Assembly: GCA_030587475.2 (NCBI GenBank)
Contig: JAUQYZ020000109.1
Span: 1-16,522 of the forward strand
Length of the DNA stretch: 16,522 nucleotides
Direction: 5' to 3'
Origin: Candidatus Sigynarchaeum calidifontis
Lineage (GTDB): Archaea; Asgardarchaeota; Lokiarchaeia; Sigyniarchaeales; Sigyniarchaeaceae
Positions 6,315 to 14,972 of this stretch are shown piece by piece. The position numbers and the translations under genes were made by a program. The first letter of the stretch is position 1; every line of letters starts with the position of its first letter. Under the pieces are notes generated by a model. The model saw nothing but the letters and a program-made list of their open reading frames with translations, was not told the origin of the DNA and made no database searches.

Positions 6315-7013
6315 CTATGTTTTCCCTGCCGGAAGGCCGCGCCTCGCCTCCATGACGCGGTAGATCGCCGTCATATTAGTCAGAATGGCGAGAGCAACGA
6401 TCGCGAGGGGGAGCACGTTGCAAACCGACGCGATGACGATGATGAACAACCGTTCCGACCGGCCGAACATTCCAACATCGACATCCAAGGACGGATCTGC
6501 CAGCGTCGCGCGAGCACGGACGTAGCTGGTGATGTACGAGCCGATCACGAGCACCACTGCCCAAGCCCACAAGGGGATGAGGCCGACGACAGGCAAGCCC
6601 AGCCAGCTTGAAGAGATGACATCACCTCGGAACAGCTCGCGTGCTCCCGGCGTGAAGAAGACCACGGCGTCGGAATAACGATCCATGGTCGAATCGAGCA
6701 CGGCACCCCACCGGGTCTTTCGTCCCGTCGTTCGGGCGATAGCCCCGTCGACGCCATCCATCACGCCCGTGAAGAAAACGACCAACGCGTATGCCATCAT
6801 TGCCAGCCAGTTGAGTGGTACGACGAGAAAAAAAACAACCGATGCAATGGAAGATGCCAGCACGATGATGGTCGCCCCGTTTGGTGTGCAACCGAGCTTT
6901 ACCAGCGCCCTCGCGAGCCCTTGCACGAGGGGCTTGAACACGCGCCTTAGCCTGTATTTCGACGGCATTTTGCTGTCCCGTCCCTCCAGCAAGTTCGTTT
7001 CAGGCAGTTGCAT
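6315..7013 (-). CDS. CDP-alcohol phosphatidyltransferase, probably archaetidylinositol-phosphate synthase-like
   Basis: TPN motif and signature DGVDGAIARTTGRKTRWGAVLDSTMDRYSD, then SYITSYVRARA and GMFGRSER; multiple TM helices. True start may be ATG 6968 (MPSKYRLR). Confidence 0.92.
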   Translation of the reverse strand: MQLPETNLLEGRDSKMPSKYRLRRVFKPLVQGLARALVKLGCTPNGATIIVLASSIASVVFFLVVPLNWLAMMAYALVVFFTGVMDGVDGAIARTTGRKTRWGAVLDSTMDRYSDAVVFFTPGARELFRGDVISSSWLGLPVVGLIPLWAWAVVLVIGSYITSYVRARATLADPSLDVDVGMFGRSERLFIIVIASVCNVLPLAIVALAILTNMTAIYRVMEARRGLPAGKT

Positions 7014-7016
7014 GTA

Positions 7017-7958
7017 TCATTCATCGAAAAGATCGCCTACATCGGCATCCTCGGCCATCTCGTCGATGTCACCGAGTTCCTTCGCCAGATCCTTGCGGGT
7101 CTTCCGGTTCCACTCCATCGGGGGCATGGCGTTCGTCTTTCTAGCAAACACCAGGTATCCGGAATGACGCCCGTGCGACAAGGGACGCGTGGCATTCTCT
7201 TTCACCTGCCACGTGCGCAGCTGCACGTCCACTGCTTCGATATCGAACCAGTTTCCCGCTGAGAGCGCGGCGTGTACCTTCTTGACTTGTTCGATGACCG
7301 GCGAGAACGAGCAGAACACGCCGCATGGCTTGAGCACTTTCCCCGCGATGTCGACCGCGTCCCACGGCGATGGCATGTCGAAGAAACACGCGTCGAATTG
7401 TGCCTCGCCGAGGAGTTCTTGCTGGATAGCGGGCTCGAGAATGCTCCCCAGGCGCAAGTCAGCCACACCAGAAAGCCCCGCGCGCTCGATGTTCCGCTTG
7501 GCGGCCTCGTGATGCCGCTCCACGACCTCGTACGACACGACTTTCCCGGGCGTGCGACCGCCAGCTATCGTGGCAAGCATCATTGTCATGGCCCCCGATC
7601 CCGTGCCTGCCTCGAGCACCCGGGAACCAGGAACGATGCCCGCATTCACCAGCACGAACCCGATATCCTTCGGATACACGATCTGGGTCTTGCGGGCGAA
7701 CCTCGTCGCCAGCTCGTGTGGGAGCGGCTTCACCAGCAAAAATTGAATGTTTGAAGTCGTGCTCGTGTAAATATCCCCGAACTCCTTCCCGATGATCCCG
7801 TCGTGGTTGATGATGCCCCAGTTGGTGTGGAATTGCTTCCCTCGCTCCACCTTGACGAGCCATTGCTGTTTGGGCCCGCGCGCGATGAGCACATAATCGC
7901 CATTTGCGATCGGCATTTTTTTCAAGATCCGTCTATGTATCCCTCTATCAAAAACCAT
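7017..7958 (-). CDS. trmI: tRNA (adenine(57/58)-N1)-methyltransferase, TrmI/Gcd14 family
   Basis: FHTNWGIINH..IIGKEFG, RKTQIVYPKD, SAM motif VLEAGTGSGA, DMPSPW, FSPVIEQV, TRP...HSGYLVFARK. Confidence 0.95.
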   Translation of the reverse strand: MVFDRGIHRRILKKMPIANGDYVLIARGPKQQWLVKVERGKQFHTNWGIINHDGIIGKEFGDIYTSTTSNIQFLLVKPLPHELATRFARKTQIVYPKDIGFVLVNAGIVPGSRVLEAGTGSGAMTMMLATIAGGRTPGKVVSYEVVERHHEAAKRNIERAGLSGVADLRLGSILEPAIQQELLGEAQFDACFFDMPSPWDAVDIAGKVLKPCGVFCSFSPVIEQVKKVHAALSAGNWFDIEAVDVQLRTWQVKENATRPLSHGRHSGYLVFARKTNAMPPMEWNRKTRKDLAKELGDIDEMAEDADVGDLFDE

Positions 7959-7974
7959 GACAATCGCTCGCTAA

Positions 7975-7990
7975 GTATAATTTTAAGGAC
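7975..7990 (-). promoter_or_regulatory. TATA-box for the trmI-CDP-alcohol phosphatidyltransferase operon
   Basis: Minus strand TTAAAATTATAC with TTAAAA 23-28 nt upstream of ATG 7958, the spacing expected for a near-leaderless archaeal transcript. Confidence 0.5.
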
Positions 7991-8055
7991 GGGAGACAAA
8001 AAGGATCAACCGAGTCATTTTGTGCAAACTAGCGCATGACCGTGGAAAAAAGCCA

Positions 8056-8071
8056 AGAAAAAGATTTAAAA
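8056..8071 (+). promoter_or_regulatory. BRE/TATA promoter of the acyl-CoA synthetase
   Basis: Purine run followed by TTTAAAA (8065-8071), 23-29 nt upstream of ATG 8094. Confidence 0.6.
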
Positions 8072-8093
8072 CGACCACAATCGGTGTTTTTTC

Positions 8094-9986
8094 ATGGGCA
8101 AATACCAAGAATTACACAAGCTATCGATCGAGGATCCGGAGAAATTTTGGAAGCCAATCGCAGAAAAAGTCTTCTGGTACAAGAAACCCGACAAGGTGCT
8201 TGATGCATCGCGACCCCCATTTTATAAATGGTTCGTTGGCGGGATCACGAATACATGTTACAACGCTGTTGATCGTTGGGTTGAATCTGGAAAGAAAGAC
8301 CAGCTCGCCTATATTTGGGTGAGCGCGGAGATAAATCAAGAACGAAAAATAACCTACGGACAATTGCTCGACGAGGTAGTACAATTTGCCAGCGTGTTGA
8401 AGAATTCTGGTGTCAACAAGGGTGATCGCGTGCTCATCTACCTGCCGATGGTGCCAGAGGCGTGCATCGCGGCCCTCGCGTGCGTCCGTATAGGCGCTAT
8501 CCACAGCATCGTGTTCGCCGGATTCAGCACGGAGTCGCTAGCCGCGCGCATCGACGATGCACAACCAAAGATGATCATTTGTGCAGATGCGGGCCACCGC
8601 GCGGGCAAGCCGGTTCCACTCAAGCCGATCATCGATGAAGCGCTCGGCCGGACGGCGCACAAGGTACCGCTGGTCGTGGTGCTAGACCGAGGCCTCGTGA
8701 AACCGAACATGGTCACCGGCCGCGACGTGTTCTGGAAGGATATCGTCGCACAGAAGGGCAATGACAAGGTTCCTTGCGAAAAGCTGTCGAGCAGCGACCC
8801 GTCCTACATCTTATACACGTCCGGAACGACCGGCAAGCCGAAAGGCGCGCTGCGCGACACGGGCGGCCACATCGTTGCCTTGTACAACTCGATGGAAACG
8901 ATCTACGGCTGCAAACCGGGCGAGGTGTACTGGGCCGCGAGCGACGTGGGCTGGGTCGTCGGCCACTCGTATATCATCTACGCCCCCCTGTTCTATGGCA
9001 TCACGTCCGTGATATACGAGGGAACGCCTATCTATCCCGATCCTGGCGTCTGGTTCCGCATCATCGAAAAGTACAAGGTCAACAGGATGTTCACCTCACC
9101 CACGGCATTCCGCGTGCTCAAGAAATTCGATGAAAAATTCATTACCGAACGGGACTTGTCCTCGCTCAAGGTGATCTTCCTCGCGGGCGAGCCGCTGGAC
9201 GCGCCAACGTGGGAATGGGCCACGAGGGTGACGAAGGGCATCCCTATCATCGACCATTACTGGCAGACCGAGACCGGGTGGGCGATTCTCACGAACCCGT
9301 GGGGCGTCGAGCAGATCAAGATCAAGCCTGGCTCGCCGACGTTTCCCGCGTGGGGCTGGAACCTCAAGGTAGTCGATGCTTCCGGGAAGGAAATGCCGGC
9401 GGGTGAGAAGGGCGTCCTGGTCGCGAAACCCCCGATACCGCCGGGCTGCTTGATGACGGTCTACAACGACGACGAGCGCTATGAAACCGCCTATTTCAAG
9501 CAATTTCCCGAGTTCTTGTACGCGACCGGCGACTACGCGATTAAAGACAAGGATGGCTATTACTTCGTGCTCGGGCGGGCTGATGAAGTTATCAAGGTCG
9601 CCGGCCACCGCCTTGGCACGCGGGAGATCGAGGAGGCCATCTTGTCACACCCGGCCGTAGCCGAGGTGTGCACGATCGGCATCGAGGACAAGGAGAAAGG
9701 CCAGGTACCCGTGGCGATGGTCGTGCTCAAGGAAGGGCAAAAGCCCTCCGAAGAGTTGAAAAAAGACATCAACCAGACCGTGCGCAACAACGTCGGCGCG
9801 ATCGCCAGCGTCCACGAGATCGAATTCGTGGTGAAGCTGCCAAAAACACGCTCGGGCAAGATCATCCGGCGCGTTGTCAAGGCCCTCTTCGAGGGAAAGG
9901 ATATCGGCGATCTCTCGACCATAGAGGATGGCACGAGCGTCGACGAAATCCGCCAGGCAATCAAGGATGTCGTCAAGCTGAAATGA
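8094..9986 (+). CDS. prpE: Propionate/acetate--CoA ligase (AMP-forming; PrpE-like member of the Acs family)
   Basis: YILYTSGTTGKPKG AMP-binding loop; RDTGG, SDVGWVVGHSY, AGEPLD and DHYWQTETGW are closer to PrpE than to Acs; GRADEVIKVAGHRLGTREIE; PKTRSGK acylation-site Lys. Confidence 0.9.
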   Translation: MGKYQELHKLSIEDPEKFWKPIAEKVFWYKKPDKVLDASRPPFYKWFVGGITNTCYNAVDRWVESGKKDQLAYIWVSAEINQERKITYGQLLDEVVQFASVLKNSGVNKGDRVLIYLPMVPEACIAALACVRIGAIHSIVFAGFSTESLAARIDDAQPKMIICADAGHRAGKPVPLKPIIDEALGRTAHKVPLVVVLDRGLVKPNMVTGRDVFWKDIVAQKGNDKVPCEKLSSSDPSYILYTSGTTGKPKGALRDTGGHIVALYNSMETIYGCKPGEVYWAASDVGWVVGHSYIIYAPLFYGITSVIYEGTPIYPDPGVWFRIIEKYKVNRMFTSPTAFRVLKKFDEKFITERDLSSLKVIFLAGEPLDAPTWEWATRVTKGIPIIDHYWQTETGWAILTNPWGVEQIKIKPGSPTFPAWGWNLKVVDASGKEMPAGEKGVLVAKPPIPPGCLMTVYNDDERYETAYFKQFPEFLYATGDYAIKDKDGYYFVLGRADEVIKVAGHRLGTREIEEAILSHPAVAEVCTIGIEDKEKGQVPVAMVVLKEGQKPSEELKKDINQTVRNNVGAIASVHEIEFVVKLPKTRSGKIIRRVVKALFEGKDIGDLSTIEDGTSVDEIRQAIKDVVKLK

Positions 9987-10000
9987 ATGGTTCACGCACT

Positions 10001-10085
10001 ATTTGTTTTCGGATTTTTTTCTATCTATTGCTCTTTTTTCTCACGTTTTGCAAGACACGCTTGAAAATCATAAAAGAAAGATCAA
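10001..10085. terminator. T-rich/A-rich intergenic terminator region between convergent prpE and satP
   Basis: Several oligo-T runs on + (10002-10050) and A-rich runs (T-rich on minus) near 10060-10085. Confidence 0.5.
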
Positions 10086-10105
10086 AATGATGGAGAAAGG
10101 TGGCT

Positions 10106-10744
10106 TCATTTTGCCCGGGGTTTGCTTGGAACCCAGAGAGCCTTCCCCAGCGGCAAGATGGTCTTGCCGGCCATCGTGTTGAGCAGCACGCCCGCGGCCC
10201 CGTAAAACGAGGCGGCAGAGGTGTAGATCAAGAACACGCCACAAGGCCAGGACGGGAATACGGCAGCGCCGAGAAGGACATTTGGGATGAGCGTGATGAG
10301 GGCCAGGTCGATCCCGATCATTATGGCGACGAGGGCCTTGTTGGTCATGAGCGAGGCAATCGTCATATAAATGCTGAACACGAGGAAGCCGATCATCCCG
10401 TAACCATAGTGTGCCATGTCGACGCCGACACCGCCCCAGATGGCGATGATCAGCGTCAATGAAACCGTGTACCACAGAAGTGCATAACCAGTGAAGGCCG
10501 TGGCCCCGAAAATGTTCTTTCGCTTGTAATCCATTATGCCCGCGATGATCTGGGCCGTGGCGCCCAGGAACATCGTCCACGGAATCATCAAGGACTTGGA
10601 TCCGTTGAAAAAGCCGAGATCGGTCAAGCCCAGCACGATCGCCGCAACCGCCAGCCCGAGCAGGCCCAACGGCGCCGGCTCGGCGACGGGCAGGGGGAGA
10701 TCCCTCACGACCGTTTCCGACTTGATTGGTTCTTTTTCAGCCAT
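10106..10744 (-). CDS. satP: Acetate uptake transporter, GPR1/FUN34/YaaH (SatP/Ato) family
   Basis: AEPAPLGLLGLA (variant of the NPAPLGL signature), GATAQIIAGIMDYKRKNIFGATAFTGYALLW, six hydrophobic segments, C-terminal LLNTMAGKTILPLG. Confidence 0.92.
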   Translation of the reverse strand: MAEKEPIKSETVVRDLPLPVAEPAPLGLLGLAVAAIVLGLTDLGFFNGSKSLMIPWTMFLGATAQIIAGIMDYKRKNIFGATAFTGYALLWYTVSLTLIIAIWGGVGVDMAHYGYGMIGFLVFSIYMTIASLMTNKALVAIMIGIDLALITLIPNVLLGAAVFPSWPCGVFLIYTSAASFYGAAGVLLNTMAGKTILPLGKALWVPSKPRAK

Positions 10745-10797
10745 GTTTATCCCGTTATTCGTTTGTTAATAGAGAATTTTCGTCTATTGTGGGAAGA

Positions 10798-10816
10798 AAT
10801 CGGAAATCCTCCGATT
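10798..10816. promoter_or_regulatory. Perfect inverted repeat AATCGGA-N5-TCCGATT upstream of satP, candidate transcription-factor site
   Basis: 7-bp arms at 10798-10804 and 10810-10816, 54-72 nt upstream of the satP start. Confidence 0.45.
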
Positions 10817-10969
10817 ATAGAGGGTCTTGGAGGAAAATCATTAATTGTAAGATGCGGCGGGGACATAAATAGCGACCCTCCGAGGGATTTCCATCCAATC
10901 GGGGGAAAAAGAGCAAGTTGGCGGCAATCAGCCGGCAAGATGAAAAACGCTTCTAACACTAGCCCTAGC

Positions 10970-12238
10970 TCAGTCGATCATGTTGACGATCGTTTTCATT
11001 GCTTGGGTGACGAGCATGAGCTGGATGTTGCGGGATCCGCCGATTATTTCCTGGATCTTCGAGACTTCGAGTGCTTTGTCGATCCGGAGATTGTCCGTAT
11101 ACCCCGCGCCTCCGCAGAGCTGCTGCATCTCGTAAGAAATGCGATGTGCCAAGTTCGACGCGAGGAACTTCGTGCCCGCGGAGAACGACGCGTTGTACTT
11201 GACCATCTCCACGTTCTCTGGATATTTCGCTATTTTCTGGTACTCGTTGGCCGCTGAAAACCCGAGGTTCGTCGCTGCCATGAGATCGACGAGCATCTCC
11301 GCGATAGGGAACGAGACTGCCTGGAACTCCAGTATGCGCTTGTTGAATTGCCGGCGAAGGTGCGCGTAGATCAGCCCCGTGATCGCGGAAAGCCAGCTGA
11401 TGCCGAGGCTCGAACCGATGATCGTGTTCCGCTCGGCGACGAGGCCCCTGAACAGGTTCGTGTATCCTTGCCCGAGACCGCCGAGGATGTTGTCCTTGGG
11501 GACGCGCACGTGTTTAAATATGGTCTGGCCGATGTGAACGCGTGGCACGCTGAGAATGCCCAACCGGTGAGTTTCAAGCCCCTTGAACCCCCGCTCGATC
11601 AGGGCTTGATACATCGTGCCGCGAGGGTTTTCCTCTTGTTCCACGCCATATGCGATGAAATAATCGGCGACCGGGCCGTTCGTCGTGAAGACCTTTTCAC
11701 CATCGAAGATGACATCTCCTGAGCCGTCATCGCATGCTTTCGCGCGGGTCTGCATGTTCACCGCGTCGGATCCCCGCTCGCGTTCCGTGATGCAGATGCA
11801 CCCTATCTTACGCCCCGACATGAGCTCGTCCAACGCGCGCTTCTCCCTATCGGATTTCCCGTGTGAATAGAGCGGGTTCATGGCGAGCACGCCAGACACG
11901 ACGCGTGCGAGATCGAGTTCAGGGTCCACGATGGAAAGCACCATCGCGAGGATCATCTCGTATCGCATCCCGAACGGCTTGAAATCCTGGTACGGATATA
12001 GCCTCTGCATGTAACCCGCTTCCCCGAGAACCGGGAAAATGTTATAGACGTCGCGTGTCAGGTCGACCTTGGGCTCCACGACATCCAGGCAATAACGCTG
12101 CAACGAGAGCATGAATTCCCGTTCCTCGTGGGTCAAGAGCGGGATGATGAACGAGTTGAAGATCTTGAAGATGTTCTCGGTCTTGATTTTTTCCCGGATA
12201 TTTTCGTTGAGGATGTTGATGCCGCCGAACTGGAACAT
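10970..12238 (-). CDS. Acyl-CoA dehydrogenase
   Basis: CICITERERGSDA (FAD-binding TEPxxGSD variant), GEKVFTTNG, VRVPKDNILG..GQG, YAHLRRQFNKRILEFQAV, QLCGGAGY, EIIGGSRNIQ. Confidence 0.93.
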   Translation of the reverse strand: MFQFGGINILNENIREKIKTENIFKIFNSFIIPLLTHEEREFMLSLQRYCLDVVEPKVDLTRDVYNIFPVLGEAGYMQRLYPYQDFKPFGMRYEMILAMVLSIVDPELDLARVVSGVLAMNPLYSHGKSDREKRALDELMSGRKIGCICITERERGSDAVNMQTRAKACDDGSGDVIFDGEKVFTTNGPVADYFIAYGVEQEENPRGTMYQALIERGFKGLETHRLGILSVPRVHIGQTIFKHVRVPKDNILGGLGQGYTNLFRGLVAERNTIIGSSLGISWLSAITGLIYAHLRRQFNKRILEFQAVSFPIAEMLVDLMAATNLGFSAANEYQKIAKYPENVEMVKYNASFSAGTKFLASNLAHRISYEMQQLCGGAGYTDNLRIDKALEVSKIQEIIGGSRNIQLMLVTQAMKTIVNMID

Positions 12239-12424
12239 GAATGTTCGATCTCCGCTTGAATCTAATGTATAAGGAAGGTTCTTCGCTTGCCTCTTATGTT
12301 CGTTTCGATAGGAGCGAAATCAGATGATCCCTTTTTACACAGACCACGTATATCATTACCATCCTCTTGTAATGTAATTGCACCCCTCGCATGTTTGACA
12401 GCTTCATAACGGGTTCGATTGGCC

Positions 12425-12853
12425 ATGAGTGACGATTTCGACAAGTTCGTCGATGAACTACAGAAAGAAGTGAATGATGAGGTCCAGCGCCAGTATTCTC
12501 CGAACGCGATGGATTTAATGGCGCGCCACCCGAACCATGGCGTCATGAAAGATGCTACTTGCATGGGCAGTTACCGCACCGAGGACGGCGAAACGATGTC
12601 GTTTTACCTCAAGGTCAAGAACGGCATTATCGAGCGGGCGACATACATCACGTCCGGTTGCCAACCCGCTCATGCCGCGGGCTCGCAAGTTACCTTCCTC
12701 GTCCGCGGGAAGACCATCGATCAAGCGGAGGGCATAACGGCTGACGTGATCTGGCATGCTATCGGCAAGATGCCTGAAGACACGCGACACTCGGTCGTGC
12801 TCGCGGAAATGGCCTTGAAGAAGGCGATCGATGCATATAAGCACAACGAATGA
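12425..12853 (+). CDS. IscU/NifU_N-like scaffold homologue lacking two of three canonical Cys
   Basis: YSPNAMD...HPNHG.M.DA...G...DGETMSFYLKV....IERA.Y.TSGC...AAGS....LVRGKTIDQA..I...I..A.GKMP...RHSVVLA..ALKKAI aligns with the IscU/NifU_N fold throughout. ATG at 12425. Confidence 0.85.
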   Translation: MSDDFDKFVDELQKEVNDEVQRQYSPNAMDLMARHPNHGVMKDATCMGSYRTEDGETMSFYLKVKNGIIERATYITSGCQPAHAAGSQVTFLVRGKTIDQAEGITADVIWHAIGKMPEDTRHSVVLAEMALKKAIDAYKHNE

Positions 12854-12868
12854 AGTTGGACGACGATC

Positions 12869-13921
12869 ATGGAAGCGCTTGATAAGGAACTCGATGGTAT
12901 TTTAGACAAGCTCTCGTTTTCTCGCCTCGTGGACCGGTTACACGCAGCCACCACGCGCGACCTGGCGATGGACACGTGGGTGAAGAACCCGGCAGATGTC
13001 CGGCCCTGGCAAGAGACGCTCAGGAAGAAAATCGTCGAGCTGCTCGGCATCGATGACATCCTCCACGACCGAGGTAAGCCCGAGGTGGAGCTGCAAGACC
13101 CGTCCGACATCAAGACGATACCGGGCATCAAGCTGGAATACATCTACATCAAATCGTGGTTGGGCTCGTGGATCCCGGCGTACGTGCTCAAGCCAGAAAA
13201 GCCGGCTAGGTCGAAGCTGCCCGCGTTCGTGTGCTTGCATGGCCACGGCGAGAACAAGGACAGCCAGACCGGCTTGTGGTACAAGGACGCGGCGGCAACC
13301 CGGGCAGGAATCGACCTTGCCCGCATGGGATACATCACGATCTCGGTTGATCACTGGGGCTGGAACGAGCGCGGCTTCGCGGGTTGCCGTTACGACGGTA
13401 ACGAGGCAAAGTACAACTTGAACTTGCTTCTCTACGGCCGCACCATCAACGGGCTGCGCGTCCAAGACGCCATCCGATGCGTGGATTACTTGCTAGCTCG
13501 CGACGACGTTGACCCGCACACGATCGGCTGCATCGGCTTGTCGCTCGGCGGCGCGCTCACCATGTACACGTCGGCCATCGACGAGCGCATCGGGCTCGCG
13601 GTCGTGGAAGGCTATGCTAACACGTTCAAGGACTCGATCGTGGACATCCCGCATTGCAGCTGCAATTACATTCCTGGCATACTCAAGCACGCGGAAATGC
13701 CAGACATCCTCGCCCTCGTGGCGCCTCGACCCATGTTCTGGGTAACGGGCGCGAAAGACGAGATCTTTCCACTCGATGCTTTCGAAAAGGCAAGGACACG
13801 AGTCGAATCCTTGTACCAGATGCTCGGCGTGCCCGGCAATTTCGTCACGCACGTCCACCCGCGCGGCCACGAGTATCTCGGCAAGCAAGAACTCGATTTC
13901 ATAAAGCAACGGTTCGGATGA
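12869..13921 (+). CDS. Alpha/beta hydrolase (dienelactone hydrolase / acetylxylan-esterase-like)
   Basis: IPAYVLKP...PAFVCLHGHG, nucleophile elbow GLSLGG, HCSCNYIPG, Asp (AKDEIFP) and His (RGHEY). No signal peptide. Confidence 0.9.
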   Translation: MEALDKELDGILDKLSFSRLVDRLHAATTRDLAMDTWVKNPADVRPWQETLRKKIVELLGIDDILHDRGKPEVELQDPSDIKTIPGIKLEYIYIKSWLGSWIPAYVLKPEKPARSKLPAFVCLHGHGENKDSQTGLWYKDAAATRAGIDLARMGYITISVDHWGWNERGFAGCRYDGNEAKYNLNLLLYGRTINGLRVQDAIRCVDYLLARDDVDPHTIGCIGLSLGGALTMYTSAIDERIGLAVVEGYANTFKDSIVDIPHCSCNYIPGILKHAEMPDILALVAPRPMFWVTGAKDEIFPLDAFEKARTRVESLYQMLGVPGNFVTHVHPRGHEYLGKQELDFIKQRFG

Positions 13922-13927
13922 CCCACC

Positions 13928-14959
13928 ATGGCGGAATACCACGGGATCAAGATCGATCCGCAGTTATACATCGGCCTGGACGAGTTCAACGGCACAGATT
14001 GGGAACATTTCGACCCGGCCAAGTGGAAATCTAATGAGAAAAAGTATCGAGCTCACCTCGCGGCATGCCTTGGCAAGGAACCAGAAAAGGTTTCCGCGAA
14101 GCCAGTGCTCGTGGCGGAAGCAAAACAGAATGGATACACGAGGTATACCTGGCGCATAAACGTTGAGGGGTCCGGGATCCCGCAATGGGACACGATGTCT
14201 TTTTTCGTGCTCGTTCCAGATACCCCCATCGCCAAGCCAGCACCGGTCATGATTGTCCACCACCAGCACGCGGGGAAATTCGACAAGGGCAAGGAGGAAC
14301 CCGCAGGGCTCATGTACGATCCGGAACAAGCTCTCGCGGTCGATCTCGTGAAAAAAGGTTACATCACGGTCGCGCACGACGCGCTCTGCTTTAGCGAGCG
14401 ACAAGAGAAGGATGAATTCTACACGGCCATGAAATTGCTCCTGAACGGGCGTACCTTGGGCCTGAAATACATATGGGATGTCAGCCGCCTCATCGATTAC
14501 CTGGAAACGCGGAAGGATATAAATCCCACTCGGATCGGCATCATCGGGCACTCGCTCGGGGGACAAGAGGCGATATTCTGTGCCGCATGCGACCCGCGAA
14601 TCAAGGTCGCGGTCTCGTCTTGCGGCGTGGCAAAGATAGATGGGACAAACTCGATCCTCTCGGAGAACATCACCCACAACAAGGCGCTCTATCTACCCGG
14701 TCTGCTGGCAGGGCTAGTGAAAATGGACATGAAGGAGATCGTGGCCATGATCCACCCGCGACCCCTGCTCATGTCCCACGGTGCTTCAGACCGTATTTTC
14801 CCCATCGAAGGCGTTGCCGAAATTGACAACTGGATCCAGGAGATGTACGACCACCACGGTAACACCGAGCGGCTGGTCACGCTGCGCCACGCCGGCGGGC
14901 ACATGATCCCCCGGCAGACGAAAGAGATCATCTACAAGTTCCTGGAGATCCACCTATAA
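13928..14959 (+). CDS. Second alpha/beta hydrolase of the same broad family
   Basis: PVMIVHHQH, GYITVAHDALCFSER, WDVSRLIDYL, GHSLGG, HPRPLL...SDRIFP, GGHM. No signal peptide. Confidence 0.9.
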   Translation: MAEYHGIKIDPQLYIGLDEFNGTDWEHFDPAKWKSNEKKYRAHLAACLGKEPEKVSAKPVLVAEAKQNGYTRYTWRINVEGSGIPQWDTMSFFVLVPDTPIAKPAPVMIVHHQHAGKFDKGKEEPAGLMYDPEQALAVDLVKKGYITVAHDALCFSERQEKDEFYTAMKLLLNGRTLGLKYIWDVSRLIDYLETRKDINPTRIGIIGHSLGGQEAIFCAACDPRIKVAVSSCGVAKIDGTNSILSENITHNKALYLPGLLAGLVKMDMKEIVAMIHPRPLLMSHGASDRIFPIEGVAEIDNWIQEMYDHHGNTERLVTLRHAGGHMIPRQTKEIIYKFLEIHL

Positions 14960-14972
14960 GGAATGGAAGGGA

